64,000 bases of DNA. Source: an uncultured Rhodobacteraceae bacterium. GTDB lineage: Bacteria > Pseudomonadota > Alphaproteobacteria > Rhodobacterales > Rhodobacteraceae. The notes under the pieces are model-generated. The model saw only the letters and a program-made list of their open reading frames with translations. It made no database searches and was not told where the DNA came from. Made by a program: the position numbers and the translations under genes. The stretch spans positions 21,727 to 85,726 of the forward strand of contig CALBSG010000005.1 of NCBI GenBank assembly GCA_937927675.1, in the 5' to 3' direction. Shown piece after piece: positions 34,500-45,024 of this stretch; the stretch's first letter is position 1; the number at the start of each line of letters is the position of its first letter.

Positions 34500-36718
34500 C
34501 CTATGCCTTGCCCCAACTTCGCCGTCTTGCCCGGATTTTCGCAGCCCTTGCAGCGCTTTGGCTGACAACGCTTCCGGTGCAGGCCGAAAGTGTGCTGGAA
34601 AAATTCCTGACCGAAGTTGCCGCCGCGGATCTGGTGCCGGGCGCAGATGGCTATGGTCCGTTGCGCGATGACGTTCCGGTTGCACCCGTTCTGAAGGGCG
34701 GCGAAACAATCGGCTGGGCCTTTGTCACCTCGGATTTCGTGGGCACGACCGGCTATTCCGGCAAACCGATTCACACGCTGGTCGCCCTAGACCCGCAGGC
34801 GCATGTCATGGGCGTGCGGTTGGTCAAACATTCCGAACCCATCGTGCTGATCGGGATCCCCGAAGCCAAGGTGAAAGCCATGGTCGAAGGCTATATTGGT
34901 CTTGATCTGGTGGCCGAAGCACAGTCAGGCGGCGAAAGCCATGATGTAGATATCATCTCGGGTGCGACCGTTACGGTGATGGTGATTGACGACAGCATCG
35001 TGCGCTCGGGGCTGAAGGTGGCGCGCGCACTGGGGCTGGGTGGGCTGAAGGTAGAGAACACCGCTGCTGGCCCGGCCTTTGAAATCAATCCCGACGCCGT
35101 GGCACCTAAAGACTGGACCGCGATGGAAGGCGACGGGACGCTGCGGCGTCTGGCGTTGGATGTCGGACAGGTGAACACCGCCTTTGCCGGCTTGGAAGAC
35201 AAACGCGCCGCCGAACGCGCCCTGACCGAGCCGCCCGAAACCAATTTCATCGAAATGCAAACCGCGCTCGTATCGGTTCCGGCCATCGGCAAGGCGGTTC
35301 TGGGTGAGGCAGAGCAGGCCAATCTGGCTGCATGGTTGCAACCGGGGGATCACGCCATCGTGGTCGTCGGGCGGGGGATCTATTCGTTCAAAGGCTCGGG
35401 CTATGTGCGCGGCGGCATCTTTGACCGCATCGTGCTTATTCAGGACGACGTCTCGGTGCGGTTCCGTGACCGGATGCACAAGCGACTGGTTTCGGTTGTC
35501 GCCAATGGCGCCCCAGAGTTTACCGAGGCTGATCTGTTCAAGATCCCGGCCGATACCGGTTTTGACCCCACAAAACCCTTTCGCCTGCAGCTGTTGGTGC
35601 AGCGGGAGGTCGGGCCGATTGAAAAGCTGTTCACCACCTTTGATCTTGGCTACCAACTGCCGCAAAGCTATCTGCGGGCGGTTCCCAAAGCCTCACCTGC
35701 CGAGCCCAGCGCCGCAGAAACGCTGGCCGATGCCGACGAAGACAGCGCGCAAGCCGCCCTGTGGAAAAAGATCTGGGCCGACAGCAAGCCCGAGATCATT
35801 GGCCTTGGCCTCATGCTGTTCGTCCTGACAGCGGTGTTCTTTTTCCAAGGCATCGCGACCCGCAATGCCCGCGCCTTTTTCTGGTTCCGCATGGGGTTCC
35901 TGACTGTCACGCTGGTCTTTCTTGGCTTTTGGGCCAATGCGCAGCTTTCTGTCGTCAACCTGATGGCGCTGTTTGGGGCGCTGATGAACGGGTTCAGCTG
36001 GCAAGCCTTCCTGTTGGACCCGCTGACCTTTATCCTGTGGTTCTCGGTGGCCGCCGCGCTGCTGTTCTGGGGCCGCGGCGCCTATTGCGGCTGGCTGTGC
36101 CCCTTTGGCGCGTTGCAAGAGCTGACCAACCGCATCGCCCGCGCGCTCCACATTCCGCAATGGACTCTGCCTTGGGGCCTGCACGAGCGGCTTTGGCCCT
36201 TGAAATACATGATTTTCCTTGGCCTGTTCGGTGTCAGCCTGATGAGCATCGAACAAGCCGAACATCTGGCCGAGGTCGAACCGTTCAAGACCGCCATCAT
36301 CCTGAAATTCGTGCGCGCTTGGCCCTTTGTTGCCTATGTGGCGGCACTTCTGATCGCCGGGCTGTTCGTCGAACGGTTCTACTGCCGCTACCTGTGCCCG
36401 CTTGGCGCGGCGCTGGCCATCCCGGCCCGGATCCGCATGTTCGACTGGCTGAAGCGCTATAACGAATGTGGCAGCCCCTGCCAGACCTGCGCGAACCAAT
36501 GCCCCGTTCAGGCGATCCATCCGACGGGCGAGATCAACCCGAACGAATGCGTGAACTGCCTGCATTGTCAGGTGCTCTACCAGTCCAAGACCCTGTGTCC
36601 TGTGGTCATCAAGAAACTGAAGCGGCGCGACGCCGTTGCAGCCAGTCCGGCGCGCGATCTGTCGAACCATCCCAATATCGCGGCCAAGCTTGCCACCCCT
36701 CCAAACCTTACTCATTAA
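34496..36718 (+). CDS. nosR: NosR, membrane FMN/Fe-S regulator and electron donor for N2O reductase
   Basis: 740 aa from ATG 34496 (signal 'LWLTTLPVQA'). FMN-binding region 'ISGATVT'. TM block with 'CGWLCPFGALQE' and 'CRYLCPLGAALA'. C-terminal ferredoxin motifs 'CGSPCQTCANQCP' and 'CVNCLHCQVLYQSKTLCP'. Confidence 0.93.
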   Translation: MTYALPQLRRLARIFAALAALWLTTLPVQAESVLEKFLTEVAAADLVPGADGYGPLRDDVPVAPVLKGGETIGWAFVTSDFVGTTGYSGKPIHTLVALDPQAHVMGVRLVKHSEPIVLIGIPEAKVKAMVEGYIGLDLVAEAQSGGESHDVDIISGATVTVMVIDDSIVRSGLKVARALGLGGLKVENTAAGPAFEINPDAVAPKDWTAMEGDGTLRRLALDVGQVNTAFAGLEDKRAAERALTEPPETNFIEMQTALVSVPAIGKAVLGEAEQANLAAWLQPGDHAIVVVGRGIYSFKGSGYVRGGIFDRIVLIQDDVSVRFRDRMHKRLVSVVANGAPEFTEADLFKIPADTGFDPTKPFRLQLLVQREVGPIEKLFTTFDLGYQLPQSYLRAVPKASPAEPSAAETLADADEDSAQAALWKKIWADSKPEIIGLGLMLFVLTAVFFFQGIATRNARAFFWFRMGFLTVTLVFLGFWANAQLSVVNLMALFGALMNGFSWQAFLLDPLTFILWFSVAAALLFWGRGAYCGWLCPFGALQELTNRIARALHIPQWTLPWGLHERLWPLKYMIFLGLFGVSLMSIEQAEHLAEVEPFKTAIILKFVRAWPFVAYVAALLIAGLFVERFYCRYLCPLGAALAIPARIRMFDWLKRYNECGSPCQTCANQCPVQAIHPTGEINPNECVNCLHCQVLYQSKTLCPVVIKKLKRRDAVAASPARDLSNHPNIAAKLATPPNLTH

Positions 36719-36730
36719 AGGAGATTAAAC

Positions 36731-38689
36731 ATGTCAGACGATCCTAAACCCGGCCTGTCCCGCCGCGCGCTTCTGGGGGCAACCGCTGGCGGCGCTGCCG
36801 CGGCAGGTGCCTTTGGCGGCGGCCGTTTGGCGCTGACCGGGGGGCTTTTTGGCCTTGGCGGTAGCTTGGCAACAGCGGGAGCCGCACAGGCCGCCACGGC
36901 CGAGGGATTCGAAGTGGCCCCCGGCCAATTGGACACCCATTATGGCTTTTGGTCGTCGGGTCAGACCGGCGAGATGCGCATCCTTGGTATCCCGTCGATG
37001 CGCGAATTGATGCGGGTTCCGGTGTTCAACCGCTGTTCGGCGACTGGCTGGGGGCAAACCGATGAATCGGTGCGCATCCATCAGCGCACGATGACCGAAA
37101 AGACCAAGAAACATCTGGCTGCCAACGGCAAGAAGATCCACGACAACGGCGATTTGCACCACGTTCACATGTCGTTCACCGACGGCAAATATGACGGGCA
37201 ATACCTGTTCATGAATGACAAGGCGAACACCCGCGTCGCCCGTGTGCGCGCTGATGTGATGAAGTGCGACGCCATTCTGGAAGTTCCCAACGCCAAGGCC
37301 ATTCACGGCATGCGGCCGCAGAAATTCCCGAAGACCACCTATGTCTTCTGCAACGGCGAGGATGAGGCCCCGCTGGTCAACGATGGCTCGACCATGAATG
37401 ATGTGTCGACCTATGTGAACATCTTCACCGCCGTCGATGCCGACAAATGGCTGCCGGCTTGGCAGGTGATGGTGTCGGGCAACCTCGACAACTGCGATGC
37501 CGATTACGAAGGCAAATGGGCCTTTTCGACCAGCTACAACTCGGAAATGGGCATGACGCTGGCGGACATGACCGCCGCCGAGATGGACCATGTGGTGATC
37601 TTCAACATCGCCGCGATTGAGGCCGCCGTTGCAGCCGGCGAAGGGCAAGAGTTGAACGGTGTGCAGGTTCTGGATGGCCGCAAGGACGCCAACAGCAACT
37701 TCACCCGCTATATCCCGATCGCCAACAACCCGCATGGTTGCAACATGGCACCGGACAAAAAGCACCTGTGCATCGGCGGCAAGCTGTCGCCCACCGTCAC
37801 CGTGCTGGATGTGACCAAGTTCGACGCGCTGTTTGAAAAGCCCGCTGCCGAGGTTGACCTGCGCAGCCCCGTGGTTGCCGAGCCGGAACTGGGTCTTGGC
37901 CCGTTGCACACCGCCTTTGACGGCAAAGGCAATGCCTATACATCGCTCTTCCTCGACAGTCAGGTGGTGAAGTGGAACATCGAGGACGCGATCAAGGCCT
38001 ATGCCGGCGAAAAGATCGACCCGATCAAGGACAAGCTGGACGTGCAATACCAGCCCGGCCACCTGAAAACCGTGATGGGCGAGACGCTGGAAGCCGAAAG
38101 CAAATGGCTGGTCTGTCTGTGCAAATTCTCGAAAGACCGCTTCTTGAACGTTGGTCCGCTGAAGCCTGAGAACGATCAGCTGATCGACATTTCCGGCGAC
38201 AAGATGGTTGTGGTGCATGACGGCCCGAACTTTGCCGAACCGCACGACGCCATTGCCGTAGCTGCCGCCAAGATGACCAACATCCGTTCGGCATGGGACC
38301 GGCAGGATCCGATGTGGGCAGAAACCCGCAAGCAAGCCGAAGCCGACGGCGTCAATCTGGACGAATGGGCCGACAAGGTTGTGCGCGATGGCAACAAGGT
38401 GCGGGTCTATATGACCAGCCAAGCGCCGTCCTTCAGTCTGGAAAGCTTCACCGTCAAGGAAGGCGACGAGGTCACGGTCATCATCACCAACCTTGATGAC
38501 ATCGACGATCTGACCCACGGCTTCACCATGGGCAACCATGGCGTGGCGATGGAAATCGGGCCGCAGGCGACCAGCTCGATCACCTTCGTTGCGGCCAATG
38601 CCGGGGTTTACTGGTACTATTGCCAGTGGTTCTGCCACGCCCTGCATATGGAGATGCGCGGCCGGATGTTCGTTGAGCCAAAAGCCTGA
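36731..38689 (+). CDS. nosZ: Nitrous-oxide reductase (clade I, Tat-exported)
   Basis: 652 aa. Tat signal '[12 protein letters not shown]', seven-bladed propeller His ligands, CuA motif '[12 protein letters not shown]'. Confidence 0.97.
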   Translation: MSDDPKPGLSRRALLGATAGGAAAAGAFGGGRLALTGGLFGLGGSLATAGAAQAATAEGFEVAPGQLDTHYGFWSSGQTGEMRILGIPSMRELMRVPVFNRCSATGWGQTDESVRIHQRTMTEKTKKHLAANGKKIHDNGDLHHVHMSFTDGKYDGQYLFMNDKANTRVARVRADVMKCDAILEVPNAKAIHGMRPQKFPKTTYVFCNGEDEAPLVNDGSTMNDVSTYVNIFTAVDADKWLPAWQVMVSGNLDNCDADYEGKWAFSTSYNSEMGMTLADMTAAEMDHVVIFNIAAIEAAVAAGEGQELNGVQVLDGRKDANSNFTRYIPIANNPHGCNMAPDKKHLCIGGKLSPTVTVLDVTKFDALFEKPAAEVDLRSPVVAEPELGLGPLHTAFDGKGNAYTSLFLDSQVVKWNIEDAIKAYAGEKIDPIKDKLDVQYQPGHLKTVMGETLEAESKWLVCLCKFSKDRFLNVGPLKPENDQLIDISGDKMVVVHDGPNFAEPHDAIAVAAAKMTNIRSAWDRQDPMWAETRKQAEADGVNLDEWADKVVRDGNKVRVYMTSQAPSFSLESFTVKEGDEVTVIITNLDDIDDLTHGFTMGNHGVAMEIGPQATSSITFVAANAGVYWYYCQWFCHALHMEMRGRMFVEPKA

Positions 38690-38692
38690 TCC

Positions 38693-40021
38693 ATGTGGAA
38701 ATCTCTGGCCCCCTTGCTGATTGCTCTTGCCGCGCCGGTTTCGGCGGCGGATGTGGCCGTGCAGCCGGGGGCCGGAAGCCTTGCCAATGCCATCGCCGGG
38801 GCAGCCCCCGGCGATGTGCTGACCCTTTCTGACGGAATTTATGACGGCCCCATCACCATCGACCGCACACTGACCCTAACCGGCACTGCCGGCACGGTGA
38901 TTGACGGCGGACACAAGGGCACGGTTGTCACCATCACCGGCGATGATGTGGTCTTGCGCGGGGTGACCGTGACAGGATCGGGTGGGGTGAACGCCGATCT
39001 CGACTCCGGCATCAAGATTGTGAAAGGCGCCGACCGCAGCCTGATCGAGGGCAACCGGCTGACCGACAATATGCACGGCATTGATGTGCATGGCGGGCTG
39101 GACAGCATCGTGCGCCACAATGTCATCGAAGGCCGCCAGAACGCCCGCATGAACGAGCGCGGCAACGGCATCTACATCTGGAACGCGCCGGGCACCGTGG
39201 TTGAAGAAAACACGGTGCGCTGGGGGCGGGATGGCATCTTCTCCAACGCCTCACGCAAAGGCACCTACCGCAACAACCTGTTCCGCGACCTGCGGTTTGC
39301 GGTGCATTACATGTATACCCACGACAGCGAAGTTTCGGGCAACATCTCGATCGGCAACCATCTGGGCTTTGCCATTATGTATTCCAATCGGGTGATCGTC
39401 GCCGACAACCTGTCCTTGGGTGACCGCGAACATGGGGTCATGCTGAACTATGCCAACAATGCCGAGGTGCATGACAATCTGGTGCGCGGCGGCACGAAGA
39501 AATGCACCTTCATCTATAACGCCCACAAGAACCTGATCTACCGCAACCGCTTTGAAGGCTGTGGCATCGGCATCCATTTTACCGCCGGGTCTGAGCGCAA
39601 TGTGCTGACCGAAAACGCGTTCATCGGAAACCGTGAGCAGGTGAAATATGTCGGCACCAAGCATATCGAATGGAGCTTTGAGGGGCGCGGCAACTTCTGG
39701 TCTGACCATCCAGCCTTTGATCTGAACGGCGATGGCATCGCCGATGCGGTATTCCGCCCCAATGACCTGATGGACCATATCCTGTGGTCGCAACCCGCAG
39801 CCGCCCTTTTGACCGGCGCACCCGCCGTGCAACTGGTGCGTTGGAGCCAAAAGAGCTTTCCCGCCACCCTGCCCGGTGGGGTGTTGGACAGCTTTCCGTT
39901 GATGAGCCCGGTCGACAAGACCGTCCCGCCCGACATTGCCGCGATGGAGGCCGAAGTGGCCGGTCGCTGGGCAACAGGAAATTATGATGACATCGACCCT
40001 GACGATCTCGAATCTCACTAA
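38693..40021 (+). CDS. nosD: NosD periplasmic beta-helix copper-centre maturation protein
   Basis: 442 aa, signal peptide, repeated 'N.I..N..GI' parallel beta-helix repeats. Synteny after nosZ. Confidence 0.92.
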   Translation: MWKSLAPLLIALAAPVSAADVAVQPGAGSLANAIAGAAPGDVLTLSDGIYDGPITIDRTLTLTGTAGTVIDGGHKGTVVTITGDDVVLRGVTVTGSGGVNADLDSGIKIVKGADRSLIEGNRLTDNMHGIDVHGGLDSIVRHNVIEGRQNARMNERGNGIYIWNAPGTVVEENTVRWGRDGIFSNASRKGTYRNNLFRDLRFAVHYMYTHDSEVSGNISIGNHLGFAIMYSNRVIVADNLSLGDREHGVMLNYANNAEVHDNLVRGGTKKCTFIYNAHKNLIYRNRFEGCGIGIHFTAGSERNVLTENAFIGNREQVKYVGTKHIEWSFEGRGNFWSDHPAFDLNGDGIADAVFRPNDLMDHILWSQPAAALLTGAPAVQLVRWSQKSFPATLPGGVLDSFPLMSPVDKTVPPDIAAMEAEVAGRWATGNYDDIDPDDLESH

Positions 40022-40883
40022 GACCTTTGACAGCTTCACCGCGCTGGACGCGGTGTCGTTGTCGGTCGCCCCCGGCGCACGGGTGGCGCTCTTGGGCCAT
40101 AACGGGGCTGGCAAGTCGACGATGATGAAGATCATCCTTGGCCTCATTCCCTATGACAGCGGAGAGGTCACCGTTTGCGGTGCGCAACCGGGATCGGCAC
40201 AGGCGCGGGCGCAGGTGGCCTATCTGCCGGAAAACGCCGCCTTTCACCCCGCGCTGACCGGATTGGAGCAGATTGGGCATTACCTGTCGCTGCGCGGTGA
40301 AAACCCACGTCTGGCGATGGAGTTGTTGGAGCGCGTCGGCCTGCATGGCGCGGCGCGGCGACGGATTGGCACCTATTCCAAAGGGATGCGCCAACGTGTC
40401 GGTCTGGCGCAGGCGCTGATCGGCAAACCGCGGCTTTTGGTGCTGGATGAACCCACCAGTGGGCTTGATCCGGTGTCGCGGCGCGATTTCTACGCGCTTC
40501 TGGATGGGCTGGCGGCCGAGGGCGCCTCAATCCTCTTGTCCAGTCATGCCCTGACCGAGGTGGAGGCGCGGACCGACCGCATCTTGATCCTGTCAGGTGG
40601 GCGCATGGTGGCCAGCGGCAGCTTGGCCGACCTGCGGCAAGGTGCGGCCCTGCCGGTGGCGCTGCATGTCACGGCGCGCAACGGCTATGCCAGCGACATC
40701 GCCGCCGCCCTGCCCGGCGCTATCCGGGTGGACGGCGAATTGCGCCTGACCTGTGCCCAAGAGGACAAGCTGCCACTCTTAGCTCGGATTACAGGGTTTG
40801 GTGACAAAGTGGCCGATATCGAAGTGCTGCCGCCCAGTCTGGAAGATATTTACAGCCATTTCAGCCGGAGGGACGGGCAATGA
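39984..40883 (+). CDS. nosF: NosF ABC ATPase
   Basis: Walker A 'GHNGAGKST', signature 'YSKGMRQR', Walker B 'LLVLDEPTSGLD'. The start at 39984 overlaps the nosD end by 38 nt. Confidence 0.9.
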   Translation: MMTSTLTISNLTKTFDSFTALDAVSLSVAPGARVALLGHNGAGKSTMMKIILGLIPYDSGEVTVCGAQPGSAQARAQVAYLPENAAFHPALTGLEQIGHYLSLRGENPRLAMELLERVGLHGAARRRIGTYSKGMRQRVGLAQALIGKPRLLVLDEPTSGLDPVSRRDFYALLDGLAAEGASILLSSHALTEVEARTDRILILSGGRMVASGSLADLRQGAALPVALHVTARNGYASDIAAALPGAIRVDGELRLTCAQEDKLPLLARITGFGDKVADIEVLPPSLEDIYSHFSRRDGQ

Positions 40884-41704
40884 TGACCCGAATTCTTGCC
40901 ACCGCGGGTACCGAATTTCGCATCGCGCTGCGCAACCGCTGGGTGGCGATTGCGGTGGTGCTGATGGCGCTGTTTTCGCTGGTTTTGTCGGCGGCCGGTT
41001 CTGCGCCGACCGGGGATCTGGGGGTAGATCGGCTCTCGGTCACGGTGGCCTCGCTCACCTCTTTGGCGGTCTATCTGGTGCCACTGGTCGCGCTGTTGAT
41101 GAGCTTTGATGCCATCGCAGGTGAGGTGGAGCGCGGCACGCTGCCCTTGTTGCTGACCTATCCGGTGGGGCGGGTTGAAATCCTGCTCGGCAAGCTCTTG
41201 GCGCATCTGGCCGTGCTGACGCTCGCGGTTGCGGTGGGCTATGGGTTGGCCGCGCTCGCCGCTTTTTGGGCGGACGGCGATGCGCTGTCGGGCCTGCCTG
41301 CACTGCTGCGGTTGACGTGGACCTCGATCCTTTTGGGCGCCACCTTCCTTGGCGCGGGCTATGCGCTGTCGTCGTTGGCGCGGCGGCCCTCTGGGGCGGC
41401 AGGGCTGGCGATGGGGCTGTGGCTGGGGGCGGTGGTGCTTTATGACCTTGGCCTTTTGGCTGCCGTGGTTGCCGACAATGGCGGCTGGTTCACCACCTCG
41501 GTCTTTCCTTTTGCGTTGTTGGCCAATCCGGCCGATGCCTTCCGTCTGTTCAACCTTGCCGCATCTGAGGCGACCGCGGCTGCGGCGGGCGTCGCCGGGG
41601 CCGCAAATTCGATCCCGCTTTGGCAATCGGCCGCTTCGGTTCTGCTTTGGCCACTTCTGGCACTGGCACTGGCCACCGCCGCCTTCCGAAAGGTGTCGCC
41701 ATGA
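40880..41704 (+). CDS. nosY: NosY ABC-2 type permease
   Basis: 274 aa with 6 hydrophobic segments, translationally coupled to nosF and nosL. Confidence 0.9.
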   Translation: MMTRILATAGTEFRIALRNRWVAIAVVLMALFSLVLSAAGSAPTGDLGVDRLSVTVASLTSLAVYLVPLVALLMSFDAIAGEVERGTLPLLLTYPVGRVEILLGKLLAHLAVLTLAVAVGYGLAALAAFWADGDALSGLPALLRLTWTSILLGATFLGAGYALSSLARRPSGAAGLAMGLWLGAVVLYDLGLLAAVVADNGGWFTTSVFPFALLANPADAFRLFNLAASEATAAAAGVAGAANSIPLWQSAASVLLWPLLALALATAAFRKVSP

Positions 41705-42279
41705 AACGCGTTCTGCTTTTGGTTTTGGCCCTTGCCGCGTGCAAAGAGGAAACCCAAGACCTTTCCCCCATTGCTTTGACGCCGGAATCCACCGGGCATT
41801 ACTGCCAGATGAACCTTTTGGAGCACCCCGGCCCCAAGGCACAGGTGCATCTGGAGGGGCTGCCCGGCATGCCGCTGTTCTTTTCTCAGGTCCGGGATGC
41901 CGTGGCCTATGCCCGTCTGCCGGAACAGGATGGCGTGATTTTGGCCACCTATGTCAGTGACATGGGCGCGCCCGGCGCCACATGGGAGGAACCCGGCGCA
42001 ACCAACTGGATCGCTGCCGAATCCGCCACCTATGTGATGGGTTCAAGTGCCGAGGGTGGCATGGGTGCGCCAGAACTGGTGCCCTTTGCCGATCCCGCCG
42101 CCGCGGCCGCCTTTGCCGCCGAAAAGGGGGGGAAAGTGGTGCAACTGGCGCAGGTGCCGGACCGTGAAGTGATCGCCCCCGTGGCGCTGGAAGGCGACAT
42201 CGGGGCCGAGGATGACACGGATTACGACGACCGGCTCAAGGGTCTGTCGCGCAGTCTGAATGACCAGACCGGAGGATGA
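41701..42279 (+). CDS. nosL: NosL copper-chaperone lipoprotein
   Basis: The ATG at 41701 overlaps the nosY stop. Lipobox 'LALAAC'. 'HYCQMNL' motif. Confidence 0.88.
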   Translation: MKRVLLLVLALAACKEETQDLSPIALTPESTGHYCQMNLLEHPGPKAQVHLEGLPGMPLFFSQVRDAVAYARLPEQDGVILATYVSDMGAPGATWEEPGATNWIAAESATYVMGSSAEGGMGAPELVPFADPAAAAAFAAEKGGKVVQLAQVPDREVIAPVALEGDIGAEDDTDYDDRLKGLSRSLNDQTGG

Positions 42280-42280
42280 C

Positions 42281-43195
42281 ATGCTGACGCGTCGCCGCTT
42301 TATGACAATCACCGCCACCGCGCTTGCGCTGGGGGCGACCCGCGCCGGGGCAACCCCGCGGCAGGTCTGGGCAGGCCAAGCCTTGGGCGCGCGCGCCTCG
42401 ATCCGGCTTGACCATCCTGACGCGGCCGCAATTGCCGCCCGCGCCGCGAATGAGATCAGCCGTCTGAGCAGAATCTTCAGCCTTTATGAGCCGACCTCGC
42501 AATTGGTGCAGTTGAACCAGACCGGGCGGCTTGACGGCCCCGCGCCGGAATTGCTGGAATGTCTGACCTTGGCCGGCGCGGTGCATGATGCCTCGGGCGG
42601 GTTGTTCGACCCCACGATACAACCGCTTTGGGCGCTTTGGGCAGAGCGGGTGAGTATGGGCCTCCAACCGACAGCGGCAGAGCTGGCCGAAGCGCGCGGT
42701 AGGGGCGGCTGGTCTGATCTGCGGCTGGACGCTGCGGCGATCACGCTGCGCCCCGGCATGGGCCTGACACTGAACGGCATTGCGCAGGGCTATATCGCCG
42801 ACCGCATCGCCGCTTTGCTAAGTGAAGAGGGTCTGACCAACATCCTGATCGACACTGGCGAGCATCGGGCGCTTGGCCAGATGCCCGAAGGCAGACCTTG
42901 GCCCGTGACCTTGGCGCAAGGCGGCAGCGTCCCGTTGCGAGACCGCGCCTTGGCAACGTCGGCGCCCTTGGGCACTGTTTTTGATGCCGAGGGCCGGTTT
43001 GGCCATATCCTGCACCCCGCAACCGGCGCACCTGCAACGGTGCGCTGGTCAGGGATCAGCATCAGCGCCCCGCGCGCGGGGCTGGCGGATGCGCTGTCAA
43101 CGGCGGCCTGCCTTGCGGCAGACCGAAGGGCGATAGACGCCATCCTTGCGGCCTTTCCAGAGGCCACCTGCCTATCGGCGCGTCAGGCTGCCTGA
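42281..43195 (+). CDS. nosX: NosX / ApbE-family FAD:protein FMN transferase
   Basis: ATG at 42281 after GGAGGA. Tat signal 'TRRRFMTITATALALGA'. ApbE motifs 'LTLNGIAQGY' and 'ILIDTGE'. Confidence 0.88.
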   Translation: MLTRRRFMTITATALALGATRAGATPRQVWAGQALGARASIRLDHPDAAAIAARAANEISRLSRIFSLYEPTSQLVQLNQTGRLDGPAPELLECLTLAGAVHDASGGLFDPTIQPLWALWAERVSMGLQPTAAELAEARGRGGWSDLRLDAAAITLRPGMGLTLNGIAQGYIADRIAALLSEEGLTNILIDTGEHRALGQMPEGRPWPVTLAQGGSVPLRDRALATSAPLGTVFDAEGRFGHILHPATGAPATVRWSGISISAPRAGLADALSTAACLAADRRAIDAILAAFPEATCLSARQAA

Positions 43196-43199
43196 GGCC

Positions 43200-44198
43200 T
43201 TAAAGCAGGCTGGCAAGCCGAACGGGCGCGCCGGTTTTGGCCGATTGGGTTGCGGCTTCGGCCATGGCCAAGGCGGCGACGCCATCGGCCAAGGTCACCG
43301 GCAAGGCGGAACCCGAATTGACGGCCTGCACAAAGGCCGCCCATTCTGCCGCATAGGCGGGCATGTAGCGTTCAAGGAAGAAATAGGTGGGCTTCGCACC
43401 GGTCACACCGGCCGTCGTCGATTTCACGACGGTATTTTCCAGCATGTTCTGCGCCTGCAAGAGCCCTTCCGAGCCCAAAAGCTCCAGTCGCTGGTCATAG
43501 CCGTAGACCGCGCGGCGCGAATTCTTGATGACCGCGATGCGCCCGTCGGCATAGGTCAGCGTCACCACGGCAGTATCCACATCGCCCGCCGCCCCGATCT
43601 CTGGATCGACGATGGAGGTGCCGACAGCTGACACCGTAACGGGGGCCGCGCCCATGATGAAATTGGCCATGTCAAAGTCGTGGATCATCATGTCGCGGAA
43701 CAGACCACCCGACACCTTGATATAGGCGACCGGCGGCGGCGCGGGGTCGAAAGAGGTGATCGACAGAAGCTCGGTCTTGCCAATCTCGCCTTTGTCGGCG
43801 GCGGCTTTCAGGGCGGCAAAGTTCGGGTCAAACCGGCGGTTGAAGCCGATCATCACAGGTTTGCCGTTCTGCGCGACGGCCTTTTGGCAGGCTTGCGCAC
43901 GGGCCAGCGACAGATCCACCGGCTTTTCGCACAGCACCGCCTTGCCCGCCGCCGTTGCCCGTTCGATCAGGTCGGAATGGGTGTCGGTCGAGGTGGCGAT
44001 CAGGACCGCGTCAATCGTGGGGTCGGACAGGATAGCGTCGGTGGCCCGCGCTTCGGCCCCGTATTGCGCGGCAAGTTTGGCAGCCGCTTCGGTGTTGATG
44101 TCACTGACCGCAACAAGGCGCGATCCGGGGTTGGTGGAAATGGCGGTGGCATGCACGCCCGCAATGCGGCCTGCGCCAAGAAGTCCGACGTTCAGCAT
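43200..44198 (-). CDS. Gfo/Idh/MocA family dehydrogenase (inositol 2-dehydrogenase-like)
   Basis: 332 aa. 'VGLLGAGRIAGVHA' Rossmann fold, 'VLCEKPV' and 'GFNRRFDP' family motifs. Confidence 0.85.
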   Translation of the reverse strand: MLNVGLLGAGRIAGVHATAISTNPGSRLVAVSDINTEAAAKLAAQYGAEARATDAILSDPTIDAVLIATSTDTHSDLIERATAAGKAVLCEKPVDLSLARAQACQKAVAQNGKPVMIGFNRRFDPNFAALKAAADKGEIGKTELLSITSFDPAPPPVAYIKVSGGLFRDMMIHDFDMANFIMGAAPVTVSAVGTSIVDPEIGAAGDVDTAVVTLTYADGRIAVIKNSRRAVYGYDQRLELLGSEGLLQAQNMLENTVVKSTTAGVTGAKPTYFFLERYMPAYAAEWAAFVQAVNSGSALPVTLADGVAALAMAEAATQSAKTGAPVRLASLL

Positions 44199-44212
44199 GG
44201 GTCTGATCCTGA

Positions 44213-45022
44213 TTATTGGCCGAGAGCGGCCTTGAAGGTGGAAAATTCATCATCGCTCATCGCGACGTTGTGGCGAGGTTCGGGATAGGCGGCGCTGTCA
44301 ACATCGCTGCGGAATTCGCGGAAGGCGGCGATGCGTTCGGCCTGCAACCGGGCGAATTCGGCGGCGAAATTGCGATAGGTCTTGGCATGGCGCGGTTTGT
44401 GGCCATCGGTGCAGCCCAGCACATCTTCGGCAAACAGATATTGCGCATCGGCACCGGGGCCAGCCCCCATGCCCAACATCAGCATCGGAGTATTGGCACT
44501 GATGAAGGCACCCAATTGGTCCGGCACACATTCCAATTCGGCCCCGAAGGCGCCGATGGCTTCCAGCGTTTTGACATGGTCCCAGACCACGCGGGCCTCG
44601 GTCGCGGTTTTGCCGACAGCGCGCCATCCAGTCCAGGTGATGTAACTGGGGATCAACCCGACATGGGCCACGATCGGCACATGGTTGTCACAAAGGGTCT
44701 TCTGGATGTCGAGCGACGCCGCGCAGTAAAAGCAGTCGCCCCCCATGGCCGTAAAGTGAAAGGCGGCGCGCAGGTAATCTTCGGCGGTCGCCAGCTTGCC
44801 GTAAGGACCATAGGGCAGACCGACCTGCACAAAGCAGTTGCCAGCCGCCTCACGCATTTCTGGGCTGAAAAAGCGCCCCTCAATCGACAGCATATGAATG
44901 CCCGCCGCATCGGCCGCCGCCGCTTCGTCCAGCGTGGTGACGTAAAGCATCGAAATCTTTTGCCCGCGCGCCTTCATGGCGCGCATATCATGGACAGAGG
45001 GGCGAGCGTTCTTGTGGACCAT
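44213..45022 (-). CDS. PanB-like (3-methyl-2-oxobutanoate hydroxymethyltransferase family) enzyme, copy A
   Basis: 269 aa. 'HVGLIPSYITWTGWRAVGKT', 'ELECVP' and 'GMGAGPGADAQYLF' parallel the PanB active-site regions. Embedded in a catabolic operon, not a pan operon. Confidence 0.75.
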   Translation of the reverse strand: MVHKNARPSVHDMRAMKARGQKISMLYVTTLDEAAAADAAGIHMLSIEGRFFSPEMREAAGNCFVQVGLPYGPYGKLATAEDYLRAAFHFTAMGGDCFYCAASLDIQKTLCDNHVPIVAHVGLIPSYITWTGWRAVGKTATEARVVWDHVKTLEAIGAFGAELECVPDQLGAFISANTPMLMLGMGAGPGADAQYLFAEDVLGCTDGHKPRHAKTYRNFAAEFARLQAERIAAFREFRSDVDSAAYPEPRHNVAMSDDEFSTFKAALGQ

Positions 45023-45024
45023 GA

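Noticed and set aside
36734-38647. 637-aa ORF antisense to nosZ. Similar long shadow ORFs include 157..1386(-), 5172..6482(-), 9991..11652(+), 24928..25833(-), 35693..36715(-), 56937..57962(-), 59369..60484(-) and 60397..61410(-).
   Set aside because: Each lies opposite a gene with unambiguous family motifs. Their translations are Arg/Gly/Pro/His-rich with no motifs. This is typical of stop-codon-poor antisense frames in high-GC DNA.
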